Origin: Macrostomum lignano
Taxonomy: Eukaryota
Length of the DNA stretch: 64,000 nt
NCBI GenBank assembly: GCA_002269645.1
Contig: NIVC01001842.1
Coordinates: 1-64,000 of the forward strand
Direction: 5' to 3'
Under the pieces are notes generated by a model. The model did not search any database. It worked only from the letters and a program-made list of their open reading frames with translations, and had not been told where the DNA came from. This document shows positions 54,655 to 64,000 of the stretch, piece after piece (position 1 is the stretch's first letter; each line of letters starts with the position of its first letter). The translations under genes and the position numbers were made by a program.

Positions 54655-54992
54655 TTCACCCAGGCGGAGCTTCTGGACCTTCAACAGGCTAGTGACCAAC
54701 GAAGTCAGAACTGATGCAGACACGTGTGGTCGACGTGCTGGTGAAATTTGGAGGCTTGGCAAGGCTGCACTGAGGCGCAGTGCTGATTGGCGCACAGGGG
54801 TGTACTGAATACACTGGCGCTTATGGGAAAAATCCGACCTTCTGGCAGAATCGTCGAATATCTCGACGGTCCGGAGGGCTGGCGACTTGATTCTTGTTTG
54901 AGAAGGTGCGCAACAAAAATTTAGCCCGTGTTTTTGAATTTCGTGTGCCTGCTTTGCTCCGTTCCGGCGCAGCAAAAAAAATTGTCAGGGGG
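54655..54992. mobile_element. Interspersed repeat of unknown family, copy 2
   Basis: Homologous to 27078-27420. Confidence 0.75.
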
Positions 54993-55679
54993 AGGATTCT
55001 ACTGTTGGTAAAAGACTTGGAGACTTGGTAGTCGGTAGTTGGTAGTTCATTCTATTGTGCTGAAGCTCTGGATTCTGTAGTTCCATCATTAGACTAACAA
55101 AGTGGATGAAAAACTTTTTTTTAAAGTTGTCTGTCTTGAAAAATTGGGCTAATTTATTAATTTGATGATGGAGAATTTTAGTCAGACAAAAAACTGTCAG
55201 TGGCGGGCCGGCAGTTGAAGATGGGAGGCCCGCCACGCCAGTTGCTTGCGGTTGTTGACAATGGCATCCGGGTCAGTGACCAGGGCGCACAGATACTCAG
55301 TTTCAGCTGTTTTCCACCAGCGGGTGCTTCGCTGACCCCTGCGCCAGCGTCTGTTTAATAATAATAATACTGAATGATATTGTGATTTTAGTGCTATAAA
55401 AACTGAAAAAAATGCTGCGACAACTGCGAGTCCATGAATGTAGTTGAAAAAATCAATATTTAGCTGCTGTTTTTTTTAATTTAACACGCGTTGCTTATAA
55501 ATATCGTTTATTTTTATGCTTGCCTAATAGAAATTTACGACAGTAGAAATGATTTTCAATAGTATATTAGAAGATAAAGTGGAAATTTTTTGCCTGCGTG
55601 AAACAATCGTGAAAAGAGAATCTAATTGAAATCACAGTTAATGCAAAAGGCCGTCTCTTTCTCACTCTCATTCAGCGAT

Positions 55680-56260
55680 AGAAAACACCGTGCAGTTTAG
55701 GTTGTGGCAAATAAAGCACTTCGCTTACATGACTTGGCCACGGGGGACATCGACCGGCGGATGCAGCGGGAAGGCCCCTGGCGTCCGAAGACTTCCATCG
55801 CTTAGTTAGGCAAGCACCTCGCTCTGAAAAACACTGGAATTGAGTCCATGCAGCGTGCTGGGAGTAGCTCCACACCACTTTTCCCTCGATGAGGACGCGC
55901 AAGTTCCGAAGCCTGAGATCGGCTAGACCATGCCTCGTTTGAGCTGTCAGTGTAACAGCGGACTTCGGAGTCGCTCCAGCTGTCACTCGCCTCGTGTCGA
56001 GGCTGAACGATGATCCTTGTATCTCTGGCTCAGGAGAATGGTGATTGGGATCGAGTCCATGAGGATGTTAAGCCTGCCAAACTCCTCGAGAGTCTTGCTT
56101 GAGGCAGAGGTGGGAGTGCGGGATAAGCAGTTGGCAGACGCTTCTTAAAGGCCCGCTCCTTTTTGAAGAACACCCCAGCATCTCGCATGCAGAAGGCGGT
56201 TCTTCGCGGCCTCTTCGATATACATGTAAATGCCTCTAAAGGGAGTAGATTGGTGAAGCG
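55680..56260 (-). mobile_element. Decayed non-LTR retrotransposon fragment with RNase H remnant
   Basis: Minus-strand frames give CYTDSS (YTDGS-like, 55946-55954) and NSSVFQSEVLA (SVFQAE-like, 55815-55835), separated by frameshifts and stops. Confidence 0.6.
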
Positions 56261-57059
56261 CCCATAGCCGTGCGCCTTCTATTGTATGCGCATACTTTAC
56301 TATGTATGTTTTCCTGGCTCAGCCCTTTTGACTGCCGCGCGTATGTACACGTTTCGTTTCCAAGTGCATAAATGTAGGTGAAAAATCAATTTTGAGCAGT
56401 ATTTTTAATATTTCACACGCGTTCGCTCTCCCGACCCGTCAAGGTTCCGATGGAGTTTAGTCAGTCATTTCAGGGAAAACCTTTATTTTATGTGCTTGCC
56501 TATTATGAAAATTTAGAATTGATTATAATTAGTATGTGGATAAAGTGGAATTGGTAAAGTGATGAAATGCATCAAGCAATCGTCAATCAATAGTCTAAAT
56601 GGGAATCTAATTGAAATCGGTTTAATGCTCTATAAAAATGGATTTAAGCTCCACGCTTATGCATATTGCATATTGCCGAAATAACTGCATTGGGTCTTGT
56701 GAATTGCTTGATAATATTTCTGCTGCAGGCTCTGTCAGTCGCTATCCTAACATGTAATTTTTTACAGCGTATCAGATTTCATCCGTGTTTGGGGTCATGA
56801 CCAAATCTATTACTCTTATTATATCTCACTCATTCATTTTATAATACATTCCGATGAAATTCTTGGCTTGTGAGCATCGATAAGATTTCTTTAAAGTTCA
56901 AGCCAACCATATACTCGAACCTAATAAACTAACCTAGACGATAAACCTAGGCTAAAAAACTATAAGCCTAACCTAAAACAGAGCCCTAACCCGTATAGCC
57001 TAAATCGATGGCAGTCTGACAAGCCATGTACTTTATCCGCTCCGGAGTCGTATTCCAAA

Positions 57060-57600
57060 CAATGCGCCAACCCCCCCCCCATTCCCCAAACAATCTGCGC
57101 CAACCCCCTTCCCCCAACAATCTGCGCCAACCCCCTTTCCCCCAACCGTCTGTTCCAACCCCCCTTCCCCAACAATCTGCTCCAACCCCCTTCCCCAACA
57201 ATCTGCTCCAACTCCCTTCCCCAACAATCTGCTCCAACCCCCTTCCCCAACAATCTGCTCCAACCCCCCTTCCCCAACAATCTGCTCCAACCCCCCTTCC
57301 CAACAATCTGCTCCAACCCCCCTTCCCCAACAATCTGCTCCAACCCCCTTCCCCAACAATCTGCTCCAACCCCCTTCCCCAACAATCTGCTCCAACCCCC
57401 TTCCCCAACAATCTGTTCCACCCCCCTTCCCCAACAATCTGCTCCAACCCCCTTCCCCAACAATCTGCTCCAACCCTCTTCCCCAACAATCTGTTCCACC
57501 CCCCTTCCCCAACAATCTGCTCCAACCCCCCTTCCCCAACAATCTGCACCAACCCTCCTTCCCCCAACCGTCGGTTCCAACCCCCTTCCTCTAACAATCT
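57060..57600. repeat. C-rich 26-28 bp minisatellite (AACAATCTGCTCCAACCCCCTTCCCC)n
   Basis: Directly visible. The opposite strand is G-run rich. Confidence 0.9.
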
Positions 57601-58224
57601 GCGACCCCTTACCCTGGCCGAGTTGTTCGACGTGATCTGTGCACATGCTCAACTCCTGAAGTCAGTTTGCTTAGTGATCTAAGAGAACCACACCGTCACA
57701 ACAGTAGCACTTGCTTCAGGTGCTTTCAGTCTTTTTCACTGCCAGTCGGATCCAGCATGCGAGTAGCTAACAAAAATTACAAATCTATCGCTTCCCTACC
57801 GAGGATCTCCTGCTAACATCCGGGACATGATGACATTCTTGCTGCTGACTTGAAGAATTCATGTCTTTTAGAACAACACTGTTTTTCTTCGTTAAGCAGC
57901 TGGTGCTCTGTCCGATCATGTCTAATGAACATCGCTTCACCGGCACTAAGTACTATGTTAAATCTGACATTCATGCTTCCCGAGCAAAGCTTGCTGAAGA
58001 ACTTGAGCTTCAGGTGTTGCCTAGCTCCTATTAGTACGGAATTACATTAAGCCTTCTCTTCGGTAATAAAGATTTGTCCTCTTATCTTAGCTAATGAGAT
58101 ATTCAACGAATGACGCGTTACATGTTGCAACAGATTAATAGAAATGAAAATGATCTGCCTCCGCATTATTTAATCCCTAGAGCTGACTTTCCTGCGCCTC
58201 TCCTCCCCCTGATAAACCCGTGCA

Positions 58225-58231
58225 GTTTTTG

Positions 58232-58302
<71 letters not shown>

Positions 58303-58325
58303 AAGACAGACAGACAGACAGACAG

Positions 58326-58404
<79 letters not shown>

Positions 58405-58423
58405 AAGACAGACAGAGACAGAC

Positions 58424-58506
<83 letters not shown>

Positions 58507-58525
58507 AAGACAGACAGAGACAGAC

Positions 58526-58606
<81 letters not shown>

Positions 58607-58645
58607 GACAGACAGACAGACAGACAGACAGATAGACAGACAGAC
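58225..58645. repeat. (GACA)n microsatellite
   Basis: Directly visible. Confidence 0.97.
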
Positions 58646-59437
58646 TAATTAGAAAAAATTAGAAAAAAAAACATAGTTTGCCTGCTCAGGACTGCACTCC
58701 GTTTCGCTCTGCTAGCTCTCTGTCGTTGTAGTCGCTTCGTTGTATCGTGAAAGGGATTGTCAATGAACGACAAGGCAGCTAACATCTCAGTACTATTCAG
58801 TGTCTGTCAGAATTCCAAACATGCATTTACACCCAAGAGTGCGCGGGCCTATACAGGTGTACTCAGATCGGATCGGAAATTTTTGAACTCTGCAGTTACA
58901 TGTATAGAGCTGATATAAAAGATTAAAGAGCAAATTCAATAATTGCTAACTGCAGCTTGTCTAAACAAAAACACATTCAAAATATTTTCGTAGAAGTACA
59001 GGGTTGTTGTGCGCGCGTTGTATTTTCTTCAATATTGTGCGTGCAGTGCAGGTGTTCAAGCGTAGAGTACAACAAAATATTTGAATATAAGTTTAATGTG
59101 AGATTAGAGACACTTGAGTATAAGACTAATGTTAAATTAGAAAGATATAAGAATGTGAGATTCGAGCGAAAACCATGCAGCCTCCAGCGAAAGCAGCAAA
59201 ATTTTCGAGGTCTCGTGTAGGGGGGCCTTGGGCTTCTGTTGACCATCTCATGAATGATTTACGTCAAGCAGAAAATTGAATTAGTTTAATTACTGAGAAA
59301 GAGGTGAAGTTTCCGGGTGTCATACTAAGCAAGAAATAGGTTTCACTGATGCATTGTTACGGACATATTTTACACAGAAATCGTCAACTTGACTAAATTA
59401 TATTGATCGCCTCATCCATGCTTAATTGATAGAATGA

Positions 59438-59688
59438 CTATTCTGAAGCGCCCACTCGCAGCGGCACCAGCTCCACCGGCGCTGCTGGTCTGTTCCTGCC
59501 CGGGTTGGAACTAGCGGTGCGGCTGCTGTTGTTTCCATGGTTTCCACGGCGCTGGCATCGAAAGAAGCGCAACAGCCAAGCCTGATAGGTGGAGTCTGCA
59601 GCGAACAGAAAGGCTGGGTTAATAGCCGAATTCGTCAGAGCCAGCCACATAAACCCCATGTAGACATCCTTGGCAATGAAGAGATGCC

Positions 59689-59725
<37 letters not shown>

Positions 59726-60703
59726 AGGTGTAAAAACGGTCGCCAGAAGCCAGAGATCGGCTCCCAGATTCCAAAGCTGAATTGGCGCCCAACAGATGGC
59801 GAACAGGCCAACCAGCAGAGCGGACAGCCGGAACATCCGCCTTGACCGGGCGATTCGGTCGCGACTGAGCCGATTGTTGCGACACTGGGGCTGGTCGAAG
59901 GCGCACAGGCTGTGCCCGACGCTGGACACCAGGCGGCAGATGCGGCGGTAAGCTGTGGCAATGATGCTCAGCGGTGCCACCAGCAGCACCAGCACGATGA
60001 AGCTCGAATAGGCGGCTCGAGCTGCCACTTCAACTTCCGGTCGAGCATCGTTGCCGTCGAATCCCAGCAGTTCCAGGCTGCGCTTCCAGCTGTCCTCGCA
60101 GCAGAAGGCAGCCGCGCTCTCGTCTAGACTCAAGTTGCCGGCTTCGGGCACGTAGCAGGGCACCAGATGGTAGTTGACGGCGTTGGGAAAGGCTGAAACG
60201 CCAGCCAGGATCCAGATGAGCGCCAGACTCCCCACGCTGGACCGCCACAATGTACCGAACCTCCGGCAGCAAGCGGACTCAGCGGTGACGCCGGCGGCCT
60301 GCCCGATGGCGCCACGAACCAGGCTCACCACGCCTCGGCATCGCCGCATGCTGACGGCCGTCAGGGTGAAGATGGAGGCGAACATCAGCAGGATGCTGCC
60401 GAAGCAGGAGAACACGCAGACCGGCTCGCCCAAGTCCCAACTGAAGCGGACGAATGCGTAGGCCGTCACTGGAACTACCATCGCGCCGATGGCCAAGTCG
60501 CAGAGGCACAGATTCATCAGCAACAAAGCGATTTGGCTCCGGCGCTGCTTTCGAGTGGCCAGAATGGCCTTCATCAGCAAGCCGTTGCCGACAATGGCAG
60601 CCAGTCCGGTGAGGCCAAGCAGGCACAGCATCAGGCGGTGGAAACTGCGACCGAAGCCGAAGCTGCCGCTGTTGACAGATGGAGGAGCAGTCGCCGGGTC
60701 CAT
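59438..60703 (-). CDS. Class A (rhodopsin-like) GPCR, probably peptide-receptor-like, intronless, 421 aa
   Basis: Seven hydrophobic segments with TM1 GN, TM2 L.L.DL, ECL1 W..G..C, TM4 W, TM5 P...I..AY, TM6 F.ICWAP and TM7 NSAINP. Confidence 0.9.
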
Positions 60704-61694
60704 GATAGTAAGCTCTCGAATCTGATGCGAATTAAGAGTTAACTAGAATCGATCTGCACGTATATAGATGCTTGTTATTCATCCTCTTCTCTTGTGTGGT
60801 ATATATAATAACTGTGCATATCTGCTTCCTCATGTCTGAGACCTGTCAGGACCAATCAAAATAGCCCTACTTTGATCAGCATCAGCATCAGCCACTTGTT
60901 TGCTATAGATTGCAGAGAAGCCTTTATATCTCTGCTCCAGATCTCATATGGCCTCAAATTTTGTTTCTAGCCATCTATTTGGCATCCGTTTGAGATCGCA
61001 TCCTATGATCTTTTAAAACACCGATTGACTGCTGATCGTGAATTCATCCATGGTTACAGCAGCTTTGCTAAAATTTGGATGTGAATGTTGATTCGGAAAT
61101 GAAGGAAATGAATGAAGGATGAAGGAGAAGAAGCCTTCGACCATAGACAGGTAATTAAAACAATGAGCGGAGATTAATTTCTCCGCCGGAGATTAATTCG
61201 CGTCGTGCTCGCGGTTCACAGGCCCTGAAATACATTTCTAAGTATAGCGAATAGCGATAGAATCTTTAGTACAATCTGCGAGCTCCCAAGGCTAAACTTT
61301 AATGTACAAAATTAGTGCTGGGTTTTCCTTAATTTCTGTTGCGCTGGAAAGGTTTTTTAATTTCTTTCCTTCTAGGGCAAAACCACGGCGCATAAAGCTC
61401 TCTAGAGTCCTGAACCGAATGTGGGTTTGTGCACAAAAAGGATTCTGTTTTGCGCTGTCAAAGACTTGAAAGTTGAGTCTATCTATGGTCAAAAACCATC
61501 ATTTATTATGAATTATTCGATGAAGTGTTCAGACCGCGATTCCTCTTCTGTCACTTTTAGTTTAAAGTCCACAATGTATTAGCAGGGGCGTCGCCATGGA
61601 TTTTATGGTGTGGGGGACAAAGCCGAGAATTCTACATGTACATGTAGATGACTAAATTCCTACATGTACATTATTTTCAGAAATCGGTGTTGTC

Positions 61695-62700
61695 AGCACC
61701 CATTTTAGCGCCGCAGGCAATCATTTTAGCACCGCAGGCAATCATTTTAGCGCCAGCAGGCAATCATTTTAGCGCCGCAGGCAATCATTTTAGCGCCGCA
61801 GGCACTCATTTTAGCGCCAGCAGGCACTCATTTTAGCGCCAGCAGGCACTCATTTTAGCGCCAGCAGGCAATCATTTTAGCACCGCAGGCACTCATTTTA
61901 GCACCGCAGGCAATCATTTTAGCGCCAGCAGGCAATCATTTTAGCGCCAGCAGGCAATCATTTTAGCGCCAGCAGGCACTCATTTTAGCGCCAGCAGGCA
62001 ATCATTTTAGCACCGCAGGCAATCATTTTAGCGCCAGCAGGCAATCATTTTAGCGCCAGCAGGCAATCATTTTAGCGCCAGCAGGCAATCATTTTAGCGC
62101 CAGCAGGCAATCATTTTAGCGCCAGCAGGCAATCATTTTAGCGCCAGCAGGCACTCATTTTAGCGCCAGCTGGCACTCATTTTAGCACCGCAGGCAATCA
62201 TTTTAGCGCCAGCAGGCAATCATTTTAGCGCCAGCAGGCACTCATTGTAGCGCCAGCAGGCACTCATTTTAGCACCGCAGGCAATCATTTTAGCACCGCA
62301 GGCAATCATTTTAGCGCCAGCAGGCAATCATTTTAGCGCCAGCAGGCACTCATTTTAGCGCCAGCAGGCACTCATTTTAGCGCCGCAGGCACTCATTTTA
62401 GCGCCAGCAGGCAATCATTTTAGCGCCAGCAGGCACTCATTTTAGCGCCAGCTGGCACTCATTTTAGCACCGCAGGCAATCATTTTAGCGCCAGCAGGCA
62501 ATCATTTTAGCGCCAGCAGGCACTCATTGTAGCGCCAGCAGGCACTCATTTTAGCACCGCAGGCAATCATTTTAGCACCGCAGGCAATCATTTTAGCGCC
62601 AGCAGGCAATCATTTTAGCGCCAGCAGGCACTCATTTTAGCGCCAGCAGGCACTCATTTTAGCGCCAGCAGGCACTCATTTTAGCGCCAGCAGGCACTCA
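61695..62700. repeat. 22-23 bp minisatellite (AGGCAATCATTTTAGCGCCAGC)n
   Basis: Directly visible. Confidence 0.95.
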
Positions 62701-63699
62701 TGGACAAAAACCATATCCATAGACAAAAGCCATAGACAAAACCCATGGACCGCTCTGCATCGAAGAGGGGTCGGACCGGCCTTGACGCGGTTGAAATTCA
62801 TGCAGTCGCTGCCAAAGACGACTCAGGAGCAAATGAAGCGACCTTTGAGAAGTTCTTGCGAGAAGTTCTTGCAGGGCAACACTGTAGTAGAAGATTGCGC
62901 GAGTTTTAGTTGCGCAACTTCTGATGACGACTTTAAATCAATTCTGATCAGTGTTCCCACGTTTTTTAGTTTGTTTATTATCTACAAAACTTTTAAGAAA
63001 TCAATTTGACTTGCTGCACAAATATATCCAAAAAACTCCAAACAGACGCCCAATTCAAAGTAGTTTTAATCACAAAATAGGCGTGTGTGGGTATAGTTGT
63101 TTCCTATGTTTTGCACTATTGGCTCGTTTAAATTTCCAAGTCGCTTTTCACCGAAAAAAGTTTTCTATGGTTAAAACGCCATCAAATATACAACGTGGGG
63201 GGAGGGCGCTATCGATTTCCTACAGATGAAACCGCGCATCAGCGCTGGCTGTCTGCATTTGCCTAACGCTAATTACAGAAGCAGTCTGCATTTTTTAACA
63301 TTTGTTTGATTCTTGGATTATAATAACGTGTGAGCACGAGTGCGTAGCTTTCGGCAAATACTGCAGACGGATGTATGCGAAAATATCCGAAAATGTCCCC
63401 CTATTATATATTTGACATGTAAAACTTGAAAACTGCGAAATTAGTCTGGCTGTTTTGTGTTTTCGCCAGACTAATATCACTAATTAAAAATCCTTTGCCA
63501 AGCCGCCGGCGAAGCCTCTCAATCACCATCATTATTTCATCCGTCGGCTAATATACACATGTAAGTCCGTTTATTTAATGCACGCACTCGCTCTCCCAAA
63601 ATGACAATAGGCAGTAGCTTAGCCACATGTAACTTTTATAATTAGCCTAATCTAACACCAAAGCAGTCGACAATCCGTACCAGTACCCTCGAAATCCTG

Positions 63700-63771
63700 G
63701 AGCTCGTGGCGCAACGGTAGCGCGTCTGACTCCAGATCAGAAGGTTGCGTGTTCGAATCACGTCGGGCTTA
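63700..63771 (+). tRNA. tRNA-Trp(CCA)
   Basis: GAGCTCG-TG-GCGC-AACGGTA-GCGC-G-TCTGA-CTCCAGA-TCAGA-AGGTT-GCGTG-TTCGAAT-CACGT-CGGGCTT-A, a canonical eukaryotic Trp cloverleaf. Confidence 0.95.
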
Positions 63772-64000
63772 AATAGTTTTTATCCTTACATTACAAGAAG
63801 TTTCTGCATAAAATAAAATAAAATTGAGAAACAGCTTTACGATGTTATTCTTATCAGATTTTTATTAAAGAATTTTTTTCAACAAATACAAATACTTTTT
63901 CTGTAGGGGCGATATGTTTAGAAAAAAATCGCTTGAAAAGGAAAACTTGCGTACTGCGTAGTGATAGTGTTATGAGCATATTTATATTTAAAGCATCTAT

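Noticed and set aside
55200-55236. GC hairpin GTGGCGGGCC...GGCCCGCCAC as a terminator or Helitron end
   Set aside because: There is a 10-bp stem, but no CTRR end or U-tract at the right spacing. Its role cannot be supported.
57640-58220. Possible retroelement ORF remnant on the minus strand
   Set aside because: It has many stops and no motif I can recognise with confidence.
47053-58571. Repetitive ORFs at 47053-47799, 56960-57682 and 58170-58571
   Set aside because: They are satellite or microsatellite translations.
59537-60742. Overlapping ORFs within the GPCR, and similar antisense ORFs over the lectin, GK, MTERF3 and CCDC33 exons
   Set aside because: They are shadow frames of GC-rich coding sequence with no independent motifs.
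61583-62760. hAT-like element enclosing the 22-bp array (left end CAGGGGCGTCGCCA)
   Set aside because: I could not find a convincing matching right TIR or an 8-bp TSD.

Overview
Eukaryotic (metazoan) genomic DNA. The spliced GC-rich exons separated by introns packed with 12-36 bp minisatellites suggest a Macrostomum-like flatworm, but this is an inference. Host genes I can reconstruct by hand: the 3' end of a TBC1D15/17-type RabGAP, the 3' part of a CCDC33-like coiled-coil gene (minus), an intronless secreted PAN/apple + C-type lectin, a divergent 4-exon Ser/Thr kinase, a complete 9-exon BBS5 (needs one GC-AG intron), MTERF3, glycerol kinase with a C-terminal membrane anchor, and an intronless class A GPCR. 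There are three tRNA genes (Thr-AGT, Thr-TGT, Trp-CCA). The main mobile feature is a ~9.0 kb CMC/EnSpm (CACTA-like) DNA transposon (31239-40241) with TIRs, an open transposase and an apparently intact 5-exon accessory gene. It is flanked on both sides by an identical 335-bp direct duplication rather than only a 2-3 bp TSD. Also present: a Merlin-type deletion derivative with TIRs and an exact 8-bp TSD, two SINE families, several MITE-like inverted repeats, a decayed LINE RNase H fragment and about 25 tandem arrays. I found no clearly new biological system. The best leads are the transposon-bounded duplication, the enrichment of TA-NNNN-TA palindromic octamers that resemble excision footprints, and several atypical proteins. 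All exon structures and family assignments come from manual reading and recalled motifs, not from database searches.
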